Notes: a model not told the origin generated them from the sequence alone. Counted from the stretch's first letter, positions 1-13,059 are shown. The stretch: 64,000 nt of DNA from Octopus vulgaris (GCA_951406725.2 OX597821.1:48236001-48300000), one strand, 5' to 3'. Translations and numbers: made by a program.

Positions 1-281
1 GCACTATTTGTGCTTGATCATTGCCAGTGTCACCTTACCGGCACATGTGCTGGAGGCACATGAAAAACAACATTCGAGCATGCTCGTTGCCAGAACTGCC
101 TGACTGGCCCTCTTGCTAGTGACATGTAAATGCACCCACTACACTCTCAGAGTGGTTGACATTAGGAAGGGCATCCAGTTGTAGAAACTTTGCCAGATCA
201 GATTGAGCCTGGTGTAGCCTCTGGCTCACCTGTCCTCAGTCAAACCATCCAACCCATGCTGGCATGGGTTGGATGATAATG
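1..281 (+). mobile_element. 5'-truncated 3' end of RTE LINE, or SINE sharing the RTE tail
   Basis: Motif gcacccactacactctcagagtggttg..attaggaagggcatccag..ccatccaacccatgc recurs about 10 times in the window and forms the 3' UTR of the RTE at 43672-46530. Confidence 0.7.
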
Positions 282-317
<36 letters not shown>

Positions 318-1104
318 TATATATACATATGTAATATTTTGGACTAATGAGTGCTGATGTGTTGAGTAAAACACTGGCACAGTTTGGGTTATCTGATGTC
401 ATCCATAGTAGGAGTATATTTTCTTTGGATCTACTTTAGGAATACCACAGTGTTAGTTGAGATAATATTTGATTTAGTAAACAGAAGATGGAATTGGTAT
501 AACTCTTTATTTTGTTTGACAATTGTTTTGACCCATCCTGCAACTGTTGTGCATCATACTATGTTGCATCAGTCTTGCAGTCTGGGTCACATCAGGTACA
601 TTCGTACATAAAGTGGTGTCTCACTAGAGATCTTCATTTTAGGCAGTCATTTATTTACCCACTTTATTTAGGGAAGGAGGTATTGCCACGATTGTCTTAA
701 TTGTTAAATATCCATAAGAGATATAAAAAAAGTAAATTATATATAAAATAAAATAAAATATATAAACAATAGACAAGAGAGGAAGAAAAAGAAGAAAAAA
801 GAAAATCATTTCTTATAAAGGAAAAGTAATATTGATAGTATGCGGCTAGTAGAGGAAAATTGCATTAAGTTTACATTATCTGAGGGGGCGATATACATAG
901 ATGAGACCTGTTGAGTAATATTAAAATTCTTTCATCACAATTACTTTAAGGTGATGTTTAAGCAGGTGCTGTATAAAGTTTGGTATGAACTATATCAATA
1001 GTACATTGGGTTGTTAGTTATCACCTATGATAGACACATTCATACTTATATGTACAGTACTGTGCAAAAGTATTCAGCCACTTTAAACTATGGTAAATTT
1101 CTAC

Positions 1105-2354
1105 TATTGATTCATCCCATAAATAATGTGGTTTTTTTATACTTCTTTTATTTTTCAAAATTAAGATAAACAAAGTTCTTTTTTAATCTAAAATATACTC
1201 TCCTTCATTTTCTACAATGCTCTTCCCTCTATCTTGTAGACTTGCAAAGCCCCTCTTCCAAAATTCACTTTTGTGTGACGAAAAATATTCCTCTAGTGCT
1301 GTTCTGACCTCGTCTACAGAATTCATATTTTTTCTGTCCAAATAATTTTGAAGACTTCAGAATAAATGATAATCAGATGGGGCAATATCCGGTGAATATG
1401 GTGGGTGGGGCATCGTTTCCCATTCAAACTGCTCCAGCCTTTGGAAGGTCATCCTTGTTGTATTTGCCAAGCATTTTGTCTTGAAACCAAAGACGGTTGT
1501 TTTTCTTCTAGCACTGACTTAAGCCGCTCAAGTTTCTTACTGTAGATCTCCTTAGTTATCATTTGGTTTGGATTTAAAAGTTCAAAGTGGATTAAACCTT
1601 TCATATCCCAGCAAACAGGTAACAACACCTTATGTGGGTGAAGACCTTCTTTAACCTGGAGTGCTGGTGTCTTTTCTTTCTCTATCCACTGTTTACGGCA
1701 CTTGACATTTATATAGAGAACCCATTTCATGTCACCAGTCACTATTCAGTTCAAAAAAGGTTCATTTGTGAGACATGACAGCAAAGAAGAGCACAAATTT
1801 GCTCTCTGTGCACAATTAGACTTGAAAAGTTTGTGAGGAACCCAATTGACCCAATGTACTGACTTTTCCTATGGCAGACAGGTGTCGTTGAATGGTTGAA
1901 TGACCAAATCCAAGCCTCTCTGCTGGTTCCTCAGCAGTTACGATGTGATTTTGTTCCACCAGGGTTTGCAGGACAACCTTGCTGAGCTCTACAGATGTTC
2001 CAGTATGAGGCTCATCATCTGTGCTATAGTTTCTGTCTCTAAATTTCTGGAACCACCGTTGACACTGGCTAATGCTTATTGTCTCCCATATATTGAATTA
2101 ATATTCCTCATACTTTCTGTTGCATTGTTGTCTTTGTTGAACTCATAAAGCAAAATATGCTCCGTTGTCACTTCCATTATAGCATTGAAAAAATAACAGT
2201 TAAGTTCGAACTGCACTCTTCAAAACTTGCCTTAAGAATAAGTACAAGGTAAAATTACTACCTGCCTTTATAGCAAGTTGATGCAGGTAGTTTATCCCAT
2301 CCTCCTTAATTTATGCAATTGAAAAAATTGTATTATTTATGGGATGACCCAATA
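1105..2354 (-). mobile_element. Full-length degenerate mariner transposon (Mos1-like), transposase pseudogene
   Basis: TIRs tattgattcatcccataaataatg (1105) and tattatttatgggatgacccaata (2331-2354), flanked by TA. Minus-strand peptides MEVTTEHILLYEF, TGDMKWVLY, HPHKVLL..WD.KG.IHFELL and HPPYSPDIAPSDYHLF, with stops and frameshifts. Confidence 0.9.
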
Positions 2355-2711
2355 TTTTGTAAGTTCAGAAATTCAACTAAGATTTCTTCTGAAAGTTGAA
2401 AAAATATTTAAGGATACAACCTGTCCACCATCACCCATATGTAAAGGGTCACATCTAAGGTAGAGACCTTAGATTCACAGACTCACAAATCCAGAAGACT
2501 AAACAAAACTATCAAAACATATAGGTCTGATAATATCAACACCATTGAAGAGTTTGTGCTGTTGTTGTATTACATGTGGTTGTGGTTGTTGTTGCTGTTA
2601 TTGCTGTTGTTGTTGCTACTGCTGTTGTTATCACTGCTATTCTTGTTGCTGCTGTTTGTTTGTTTGTTTGTTGAGCGATGCAGGCTACATCCCAGAGCTC
2701 GCAAGATTGAG

Positions 2712-3043
2712 TAGGAGAAGTCCGAAACGTGGTCCTTTTGCTATTCGTAAGACCCACGGAAGAGGAAGCAGGTCAATCCCCGACACCGAGAGCATCGACG
2801 GATGAATGGATGTGCATCCAGGCTCAGCGGTCGCATAGGAAATCAGGGGCAAGAAACAGGAGGAAAGAGTGAGAGAAAGTTGGAGCAAAAGAGTACAACA
2901 GGGATCGCCACCACCCCTTGCCAGAGCCTCGTGGAGCTTTAAGTGTTTTCACTCAATAAACATACAACGCCCAATCTAGGAATCAAAACCGCAATCCTCT
3001 GACCGCAAGTCCGCTGCCCTAACCACTGGGCCATTGCGCCTCC
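2712..3043 (-). mobile_element. tRNA-derived SINE (family A)
   Basis: Reverse complement starts ggaggcgcaatggcccagtggttagggcagcggac..gattcc, a tRNA-like head with A/B boxes. A second copy lies at 37380-37712 (+). Confidence 0.8.
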
Positions 3044-4102
3044 TGTTGCTGCTGTTGCTGTTGTCTGTTAACTTACATCAACTCTGATCAAAGATATTCT
3101 AGCTGTGACCATCTGGTCTTTTATCCCAACAGTATAATCCAATGTCTGCTTCCTTTCTTTATGACTGTGAGTTATGATTTAAGGAAGATTTCAAGCAGTT
3201 TAGAAAACCATGTAGAAACCTACTTGTTTGCTAGTCCCTGAAATCAGACCAATAAAGGAAGTGCCAGGCCATCATGTTCATAACCATAATGGCTTTAAGT
3301 TTTAAAGAACTCAAGAACCAATGCTAAAGGCATATTTTGCCACTCCTTTTATTTCAGCAAAACTAGAATGGTAGGTGAAGATTACAGAATTTAGATGTTT
3401 GTTTTGGTAATCAAGGTCTTAGAAATGTTTCTACAAGCTGAAGAACCTGAAGTAAATGTAAATTGACTTATTTTCTCAATGTATTTATTCTGTAGCTTAT
3501 GATGACATCGTTCCCTTGGAACGTTTGTTGTATTGATTTTTGAAACTTTAGGAAATCGAATCTTTTTTTTTTTATATATAAAACGTTGCATGTATAAGAA
3601 ACAACTCGTGGATTATTGCTACAGGAATCTTTCAGCTTTCAGTTTAAATTTTTTTATTATCATATCAATTCCTTTTTTTTTTTAAAAAAAAAAGGTGGGG
3701 GGAATACGTTTGACATATCAGCAATCGCTCTCAGAACAAATACAAAGTAAAATGGGAAATACAAAGCTAAATTTAGAAAATAAAGATTTCATATGAGAGG
3801 TTTCAAAGTCAGAATTCCAACAGTAGGGTTGAGGTAGTGTTCTGCGTACTAAATAATATTATAGGGTTTCACATACAAGGAGGTAAAACATGTCAATTAA
3901 CAAACATCATTCATGTAATAAAGGAAAAAAAAACATGCTCTAGTGGGTATTTAAAATCTAAAAACAAAACGTAAAGAAGACAACTTTAGTAATATCAGTG
4001 AATCAAAATCTTTGGTAAATAAAAAGGATAGGAGTGAACAGTGTCTTTAAATTTCACTGTTTCAATTTTGTTAAGTTTCATTAGTAAAACATACCTAGTC
4101 CA

Positions 4103-4134
<32 letters not shown>

Positions 4135-4513
4135 CATCAAGTGTAGCTATAAGAGAGACACAAATGAACCTGATAGCCTGATGGGTAGGTAAGAGATAAA
4201 CACAGTTAGGCTTAATATACATTTATTTATATAGGGCACAGAAAATACAGAATAAAATATGAAGAAATTTGTTTTTTATATGCTCTCATCATCATCATCA
4301 TCGTTTAACGTCCGTTTTCCGCGCTAGCACGGGTTATGTAAATATATGCTCCTTAGCCAGACTGGACTATTTTATGTGCAACTCCATTGTCTCCCGAGAC
4401 AAAAAGGATGCCAACATGTATATATGTACCATTTATATGTATTCTATGTAAATGTATGTATATCAAGCCTACTTGAGTTTCTGTGTTTGCCTCCATTAGT
4501 AGCTCTCTGTCTG

Positions 4514-4552
<39 letters not shown>

Positions 4553-4677
4553 CTTTCCTTTATAGTTATTACAAACACACACATGCATGTACACACACAC
4601 ACACACATACTACACACAAACACACACATTAATCAGAGTGTACAGTATCATATATTCATTATACCTGATCTTAATTG

Positions 4678-5545
4678 ACTAGTTTCGCACTAGGAGTTCA
4701 TCGGAGTGTTAGGTAACAGTCCAATTATGTAACCCTACACTCTTCAGAGTAACAGTTCTCTATTATTGGAGGTGAACAGACACATCCAGTTTTGGTTGCT
4801 GCAAAAATGACAATGAAATGAACCAAGCAAGGGTTAATTTAAGAGTTATGTCCCTTGGCACCAAAGCACTGTCTGTGGGGATGTTGCAAGGTGACATGAG
4901 TTTTCCAGAATGAGTGTATGGGAAATGTGTGTATATTTTAGGATTGGTGTTCTTGTAGAATTGTAATGTGTGGTGGTGCTATATGTGCAGCATTTTCAGG
5001 AGAATTGGGTGGGTGCCCCAAGGTTGCATGTGCATTTATATGTTTTTTGTTTATGTTTTGGTTAAAACTTTGGTTAAATACTTTTGGGCATTTATGTTTA
5101 CATAGAGTGTGTAGGGGTACTATAAGTATGTCTGGGCTTCCTACACATACTCCACTGATGCTTATGCAACCGTGCCACCCCCACTCCCACAAAAATAAAT
5201 GGTGCACATATAATACTGCTGCACATATTCCAATTTCACAAGAAAACCAGCTTTAAAACATACACATATTTCCCATACACACTTTTCCAGAAAACTCTTG
5301 TCACCTTGCAACACCACCAGAGATGGTGCTTTGTTGCAAAGAAACATAACTCTTAAATTAACCTTTGCTTGATCCATTTAATTGTCCTTTTCACAGCAAC
5401 CACAAACTGGATGTGTCTGTTCACCTCAAACAAAACAGAGCAGCCACCATATTTCATTCCATCACTGCCATCTCTGAAGAGTACAGGATTACATAATTGG
5501 CCTGTTACCTAACACTCCATTGAACTCCTAGCATAAAACCTATTG
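4678..5545. repeat. Degenerate fold-back element with ~310-340 bp inverted arms, probably PLE-derived
   Basis: 4678-4990 is the diverged reverse complement of ~5200-5545 (e.g. gaggtgaacagacacatccagttt / aaactggatgtgtctgttcacctc; gttgcaaggtgaca / tgtcaccttgcaac). Confidence 0.7.
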
Positions 5546-5771
5546 GTAAAATCAGCTGTAATGGATATATAATACTATAGTATTATATATCCATTATATT
5601 GGCAAATATATGAGAGCATATTTTTCTGATTTATGGATTCTTAAAGGACTATATATACATATACATATATGTATGTATGTCAATATATATATATGTGTGT
5701 GTGTATGTATGTAAATATATGTATGTGTGTATGCATATATGTATAATATATAAATATATTTATATATGCAA

Positions 5772-5985
5772 GTGGGTGCTGAAAAGTTTCTGACTTTGAG
5801 GGTATTGCAAAAGGTATGGTTGGAGGCCCAATCTTCTAAGTTCTCTTACAGGGCTTAGAAAAACCGCAGGACCACTGCAACAAGTGTGTGAATCTGAGCG
5901 GGGAATATGCTGAATAAAATCATAATTAACTGGTCCTCCTGTATTTTCTTTTACCCAAAACCAACAACTTTTCAGTACTACCTAA
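5772..5985. mobile_element. Mariner-derived MITE (family M1)
   Basis: TIR gggtgctgaaaagtt..aacttttcagtact. The same element occurs at 59005-59666 and 61741-61935. Confidence 0.8.
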
Positions 5986-6006
5986 TACATACATACATAC
6001 ATATGT

Positions 6007-6007
<1 letters not shown>

Positions 6008-6041
<34 letters not shown>

Positions 6042-6210
6042 TTAATGTCCACTTTCCATGCTGGCATGAGCTGGACAGTTTGACAGGAGCTGGCCAGGCA
6101 GAAGACTGCATCGGTCTTCCGTGTCAGTTTTGGCATGGTTTTTACAGTTGGATGTCCTTCCAAATGCCAGCCACTTTACAGAGTAAACTGGATGTTTTTT
6201 TACATGGCAC
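6008..6210 (-). mobile_element. RTE-tail repeat copy
   Basis: (CAT)n followed by tttaatgtccactttccatgctggcatg..ggatgtccttccaaatgcc, the reverse complement of the shared RTE 3' tail. Confidence 0.7.
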
Positions 6211-6399
6211 CAGCACTGGCAGGGTCACCAAGTAACTTGCAAGACAAAGATCCTTTGAGAGTGGAGGGAGAATTGAGGGAGGTGGTCTATTGTCAGATGA
6301 TGAAAGATTAGAATGTAACAGAGAGACAGAAACAGATATCTTGCTGTAGAGAAGGTACAAGGTTACCCAACAAGAGAGAGAGAGAGAGAGAGAGATCTG

Positions 6400-7220
6400 G
6401 CAATGTTTCTACAGTTGGATGCCCTTCCTAACGCCAATCACTCCAAGAGTGTAGTGGGAGCTTTTTACTTGCCACTGGCACAGGAGCCAGTCAGGTGGGC
6501 CTGGCATCAATCATGTTTGGATAGTGCTTTTTACGTGCCACTGATACAAGAGCTAGTCAAGGGGTACTGGCATCAGCCACAATTGGCTGGTGCTTTTTAC
6601 ATGCCACCGGCATGGGAGCCAGTCAGGCGGACCTGGCATTGACCACATTTGGATGGTGCTATTTACATGCCACTCATGCAGGAGCTAGTCAGACGGCACT
6701 GGCTACAGCTACAATATTGGTTTTACTTAACTCAACAGGTCTTCTCAAGCATATCGTATCGCCCAGTGCATCAGGGGTATTCTTAACAGGGCCAGACATG
6801 CATAACTGCGATCTCATTTTAGCTGCTGAGTCTTCTCAATCACAGCATATTTCCAAAGGTCCCAGTCTTCTGGCACTGCTTCTGTTAGGCCCAATGTTCA
6901 AAGGACATGCTTCACCACCTCATTCCATGTCTTCCTGGGTCTGCTTCTTCTATAGGTTCCTTCCACAGTTAGGGAGTAGCACTTCCTCACACATCTGTCT
7001 TCATTCATATGTAACAAATGACCATACCAGCACAGGCGCCTCTTTTGCACATCACATTTGATGCTTCTTATGCTCAAGTTTTCCCTCAGGGAACTTACAT
7101 TCTGTCATGTATGCACACTGACATTACATATCCAGTGGATCCAGCATTCACGGCCCATGTTTCATTGCCATGTAGCATGGCAGTTTACACACATGCATCA
7201 CATAGTCTACCTTTCAACCA
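6400..7220 (-). mobile_element. 3' fragment of RTE LINE (ORF C-terminus plus 3' UTR with ~65-bp tandem units)
   Basis: Similar to 43780-44420. The 3' UTR holds 4 copies of gtgctttttacgtgccactggca..ggagc(c/t)agtca. Confidence 0.7.
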
Positions 7221-7534
7221 TTGGCTCTGATGAGGCTTATATAAAGGAATTGAACTATTTATATATCAAAAAATGTATATAAGTCAAAACAAATTGTTGG
7301 CTTTTTTGGGTTTTTTAATAATTGTATATGTTATATTATATTGTATTATATTCATGGCATATTATGTTATATTATGATATAAATAAATTATTGGATTGTC
7401 AATTGTAACTCTCTATTTAATTTATTGTTTGTAATTTGAATTAAACCCATATTTATGTGGAATTCAACTGACTTAATAGTGAATTAGATGTTTTCCTTTG
7501 AAGGAATTTTTTCCTTAGTTTGTTACTTTAAATA

Positions 7535-7554
7535 TATACATATATATACATACA

Positions 7555-7601
<47 letters not shown>

Positions 7602-7609
7602 ATGTATAT

Positions 7610-7644
<35 letters not shown>

Positions 7645-7645
7645 A

Positions 7646-7705
<60 letters not shown>

Positions 7706-7791
7706 ATGTATATATATACATATACATATACATATATATACATATACATATACATATATATATACATATAAATATATATATATATATATAT
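7535..7791. repeat. Compound (TA)n/(TG)n/(TATACA)n microsatellite
   Basis: Directly visible; source of several spurious Y/I-rich ORFs. Confidence 0.95.
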
Positions 7792-7869
7792 AAGACCTCT
7801 TGAGAAGAAGATCCATCAAGCCAAGTAAAATCACAGTTGGGGCAGATACTGGTATCACACAAATGATAC

Positions 7870-8046
7870 CCATGCCAGTGGCACATAAAAACACCCATTA
7901 CACCCTCAGAGTGGTTGGCATTAGGAAGGACATCCAGCCATAGAAACCATGTTGAAACACATATTCTTCTGACTCACCTGATCCTCTCAAAGCATCCAGC
8001 CCATACCAGCATGGAGAGCAAACATAAAGAAATTATGAAAAATGAT
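7870..8046 (+). mobile_element. RTE-tail repeat copy
   Basis: ggcacataaaaacacccattacaccctcagagtggttggcattaggaagg.. matches the shared tail. Confidence 0.65.
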
Positions 8047-8741
8047 CTTACACGCACATTGCATATATATATATATATACATATATGCACACATGCACCC
8101 ACTCACCTCTATACATACAGGCAAAAATTGTGAATAAGGCCAAAAATACAAAAAGCCAAGATATATTTATTAGAAGCTGAAATCTTCACAAATGTTGCTC
8201 TGATTTTCCGGTTTCTGATCTTTAAAACCTTGTCATTTCAGAACAATGAAACCAAAACATATAATCGGGAACTGAGATGTGATTGGTTGGTAGAATGGAC
8301 AGGCATCAATGTTTTTTAGAGTTTGCAAGGATAAATATGATTAAGGGGAGACTGACGTGGTGATCAGGGAGTATTTTGTGTATAAACATACAAGTAAATA
8401 AATATGAAAAAATTGTATTCAGGGAAAAGAAACAGAAATAAAATCCTACACATTGTTGGATTATTCAAATAAAATTTTAAGGGGTGGTGGGGGACGAAAG
8501 GGAACAACAACACGAAGACAAGAATGGGAAAAAAGAACTTGCAAAAAATACCATGCTGAAAGAATACTAAAAATATTAGGAAAACATTTTTTAGGCAAGA
8601 ATTGTACGCATCATTGGATTTACTGAAATTATATTCTAGGGAAAAACATGTTTTGCTAAAATATTGAAATGAATATCCTGAGAAGAAATCATAACTCTGA
8701 ACTATAAATATGTTAGGGAGACATGCACTTACATACAAATC

Positions 8742-9435
8742 TACAAGGAGAAGTCAAAAATTATCCGCACTTCCACCATAACATATCCTTATTACTGCCA
8801 CACTGCCTTCTGCACATGCATGCTTATAGTTGGTACTATTGTGGTCATGTGATCAAAGTTTAAACCTGATCCTGCCATTTTTATTTCTGGCTTTACAGTG
8901 TAAGCATGGCAACTCCACTAGTAATGTGCACCAAAGAAGAACAAAGAGCAGTGATCTGATTTCTCTGGTCGAAAGGTGTGTCAGGTGCTGGAAAAGGAGT
9001 GTACGATCAACAGTGCAAGATACAGTGCTTTGCTGGCCAACAAACTGAAGCTAGCAATTCGCATCAAACACCGAAGTCTACTGTTGAAGTAAGTTTTTGT
9101 TGATGGATGAAAATGCAAGCCCACACATGTGCAGCCCAGACTGTTGAAACTATTAACCAATTGTACTAAAAGCCCCCAATGAATTTCAGCAACTGACACA
9201 CCTTCCAACAACAGAAATCGGATCACTGCTCTTTGTTCTTCTTTGGTGCACATTGCTAGTGGAGCAGCCATGCTTACACTGTAAAGCCAGAAAGAAAAAT
9301 GATGCAATCAGGCTCAAACTTCTATCACATGACCAGAATAGTACCAACTATAAGCACACGTGCACAGAAGGCAGTATGACAATAATAAAGATATGTTACA
9401 GTGGAAGTGCAGATAATTTTTGACTTCGCCATGTA
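8742..9435. mobile_element. Mariner-derived non-autonomous element with ~250-bp inverted arms (two 5' ends facing each other)
   Basis: TA-flanked. 8742-8990 is the reverse complement of ~9187-9435, and both arms encode the transposase N-terminus (MA.PL.MCTKEEQRAVI.FL..EGVS.AE). Confidence 0.85.
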
Positions 9436-9557
9436 TATGTGTGTGCATATGTGCATGTGTGTGTGTATGTGTGTATGTGTGTGTGTGTGTGTATGTGTGT
9501 GTGTGTGTCTGTGGGTGTATCTGTCAGCATGTATGTATTTACACATTGCATACGTGC

Positions 9558-9599
<42 letters not shown>

Positions 9600-9814
9600 A
9601 TGTGTGTATGTATGCATGTGTGTATATACAGCCTTGGCCAAAAGTATTAGGCCACCCCAATGTTTTGTGGTAATGCTATCTCAATGTTAATGAAACTCGT
9701 GCACATGGTAGATTATGGTATAATTCCCAATATACATTAGTCTTAATATCTGGCTGACCCTTCTTTAGCATCACTTAGAAAATGAATGGGTGACTCTCCT
9801 TCTCCCATTCATTT

Positions 9815-11100
9815 TCTATGGTGGTGTAGGATACAGCTTAGTCACCTGTATAGTTAATCAGGTTATTCAGGAAGGCATCATCCCCAATGACTGGTGTAGT
9901 AGCATTATGGTCAGCTGCTACAAGGGTAAAGGTGATGCCTTTGATAGAGGCATTAAATTGCTTGACCAAATCTTGAAAGTTACTGAGAAGGTTACAGCTC
10001 AATTGATTAGAAGTAGAATTAAACTAGGTGAGATGCAGTTTGGTTTTGTACCTGGGAAGAGTGTCACAGATGTTATCTTCTAAGTGAAACGGCTGCATGA
10101 AGAGTACTTGGCCAAAAGTAAGCCATTGTACTTAGCCTTTGTCAACCTGGAGAAAGCTTTCGACAGAGTTCCCTGCTCTGTTATATGGTGGTCTCTAAGG
10201 ACGTTAGGAGTAGAGGAGTGGCTTGTCAGAGCTGTCCAAGCCATGTACAGTGGTGCTGTCAGTAAGATGAGAGTCGGCCATGAATACAGTGATGAATTTA
10301 GCGTACAGATAGGGGATCACCAGGGCTCAGTTATCAGCCCACTCTTATTCATCATAGTCCTCCAGACCATTAACAGAGGAATTTAAAAAACTGAATGACC
10401 TTGCTCTTATTGCAGATTCCAGGTATAAAGTTATCTTTGTATGTAGCGGATGTGCAGGAACAATAAGCACTAAGAGCACATGTGACTTAGATTTTCTGAA
10501 ATGCCCAGGATACTCTCGTGAAGCTGTAGATAGTTTCTGTTACCTAGGTGACTAAATCCTCAATGGTGGAAGATGCTCTGAAAGTATGGTTTCTAGAAGA
10601 CGAATTGGGTGGAGGAGGTTCAGAGAGCTATTACCTCTGTTGGCAACAAAAGGACTCTCTCTCAGAGTGAAAGGTAGACTATATGATGCTTGTGTGTGAA
10701 CGGCTTTACTCTATGGTAGTGAGACATGGGCTCTGAATGTTGAAGACATGTATAGAGAGGAGAGAAACGAAGGTAGTATGTTTCATTGGATGTGCAACAT
10801 TAATGCACGTATACAATGAAGCGCAAATGTGTTGAGAGAAAAGTTGAGCATAAGAGGAATCAAATGTAGCGTGCAAGAGAGAAGACTACATTGGTTTGGA
10901 CATTGGTGCATATGAATGAGGACAGCTGCATAAAGAAGTGCCAATCACTGAAAGTGGATGGTGCCCACAGAAGAGGGAGACCCAGAAATATATGTGGTGA
11001 AGAGGTAAGAGTCGATCTCAGGATATTGGGCATCACAGAGGAAATGACAATGGACCAAGATGTCTGACAATATGAAATTCTTGAGAAGACCCACCCACAT
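9815..11100 (+). mobile_element. RTE-clade LINE reverse transcriptase fragment (pseudogene)
   Basis: IPNDWCSSIMVSCYKGKGD, QFGFVPGKS, LAFVNLEKAFDRVP, QGSVISPLLF and C-terminal LHWFGH/RGRP motifs; stops and a deletion around YADD. Confidence 0.9.
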
Positions 11101-11289
11101 CAGTAAGACTGAGTTCTAGAAGCACTGTGTCCCACCCACATTAACAAAACTTCTCACACACTCTACCACAACAAACCAAACTACATCTCTACATCTCTTC
11201 TCTTCCTCACATTTCTACTTCATGCTCTATGCTTACCTCCTGACCTCTTGGCCCTGTGCCACTGTATCATTGCTCTTCACTAGCTCCCG

Positions 11290-11915
11290 AACTTTTAAAT
11301 GTCATAAACAGTGGCTTGGTAAAAGGGAAAAAGTTCAACCACAACCGAAAAGAGAACTTCCTGGGAAAAAGGTTCTTCTCTCTATCTGGTGGGATTGCAA
11401 AGGAGTAATTCACTTTGAATTGTTACCACCTAATGCAACAATCAATGCTCAAGTCTACTGTAAGCAATTAGGGCATTTGAACCAAGCTTTAAAGAAGAAA
11501 GACCCACTTTAGTGAATCAAAAAGGAGTGATGTTTCATCAGGACAATGTGCAACCTCACATTGCAAAGATCACATCACAGAAGATCGAAGAGCTTGGTTG
11601 GGAAAAAATTCCTCATCCACCTTATTCTCCCGACCTTGCTCCTTCAGACTACCATTTGTTTTGTAGTTTACAGAATCATTTGGGGGGCATAACTTTTGCA
11701 AGCCAGGGGGAGGTCGAAAATGACATTTCAGAGTTCTTCACTTTGAAACCAAAAGAGTTTTACATTTATGGGATTAAAAAGCTTGTAAATAGATGGAAGG
11801 AAGTCATAAATAATCAGGGAAGTACATTGATGATTAAATTTCAATTAGATATTACATTTGATCTCTTGGTTTCTTTATTCAAAATTCGGACTGAACTTAT
11901 GGGATGACCTGATAT
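11290..11915 (+). mobile_element. 3' half of mariner transposon (DD34D catalytic region)
   Basis: KVLLSIWWDCKGVIHFELL, FHQDNVQPH and HPPYSPDLAPSDYHLF. Ends in TIR ttatgggatgacctgata, related to the TIR of 1105-2354. Confidence 0.9.
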
Positions 11916-12790
11916 TCTAGCAGTTCCAAAGAGTACTGTTCTTTGTAAGTGCCCCATGCTGATGTTGTCTCTGACTTTTTTCTAAAAAATAGCTTTCAAT
12001 GCTGGTACTCACAGTTCCAAGTGCCCCAACAACAACTGGAACCACCTTGACCTTATTCATTGCCTTCAAATGTTTTATCTCTCATGCTAGTAATAGTTCA
12101 TATCTTTCAATCTTCATCAATTCTTTGTCACAAACCTTAATGTCAGCTAGAAAAGCTACATTTAGAATCAAACACTGTTTGTTGACTTTGTTAATCACCA
12201 TAATATGTGGTTTGCAATGTTCAATTTTATAGTCTTATTGTACCGTAATATCCCATAAAATCTCTATATAGTCATTTTCCACAATGTCTTCTGGTTTATG
12301 CTCATGCCACTGGATTCTTCTTTCAAGACTGTCTTTTCTGCATTACTCTCAATGAACTCTCTTTGCTGTCATGGCACTGCTTGTTTTATTTCTGTGTCAG
12401 CTTTGAGCACTGGCTAATGATATCACAGTTTTTCCTTTTTCTACATACATCCTACATTTTTCTGTTGCACCCGAGTTGTCAATCTTGTGCTTAACACAAC
12501 TTGTATTTTGGGGGCTTGCTCCTGGGCTGCACAAATTAGAGCTTCTGTTTCTGGTTTAAGATCACTTTTCTGTATCCATAACCACCTCTTCTCCAAATCG
12601 TCTTTGGACTCTGTGTCCCTGTAAAATTGCTCATACATCTTTTCTTTCTATCTTGTTTTGGTTTCAGTTTGCTTCTCCTCCTTGCATTCACCCTTTTTTT
12701 TTTTTTGCAATCTTCAATTTTCTTTCAATTTTGACCTTTTCATATCCTGTAGCAGTGGTTCAGTAACTTTCTTTATGTACCAAGCTATGC
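11916..12790 (-). mobile_element. R4/Dong-clade LINE fragment (post-RT region and RLE endonuclease)
   Basis: WLWIQKSDLKPETEALICAAQEQA; downstream ILWDIT and VVPVVVGALGTV motifs on the minus strand. Confidence 0.75.
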
Positions 12791-13059
12791 TATTCTTTAC
12801 TTTTCAAAAATTAGCATTGAATTTTTGGACACAAAAGTTAAGTTTTCTGAAGGCAGAATACTTATTTTGCAAGCCCACATCATCCTATATTTATCTCCAT
12901 CACTACCCCGATCATCCACATCATATAATTCAGCCACATCTGAAATCCTAATTTTTAAAGATAAAACGGTTTTGTACTGATATTGTGGATTAGTGGAAGC
13001 TTGCAAATGATTTTGTACACCATTATGTTAAACGCAGTTACAGTGAACCACAATTAAAA

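Noticed and set aside
330-1030. Possible very old PLE fragment on the minus strand
   Set aside because: Only scattered weak motifs; too degraded to support a call.
2715-2740. gtccgaaacgtggtc resembling a hammerhead 3' half
   Set aside because: No upstream CUGANGA in either SINE copy.
6455-6720. Regularly spaced repeats resembling a CRISPR array
   Set aside because: The spacers are homologous to each other, the array lies in an RTE 3' UTR, the context is eukaryotic and there are no cas genes.
7488-7898. Numerous ORFs rich in YI/CV/HT/LLL/NNN (also at 2536-2805, 9325-9690, 15534-15835, 42092-43122, 61215-61783)
   Set aside because: They are translations of di- and trinucleotide microsatellites with no domain content.
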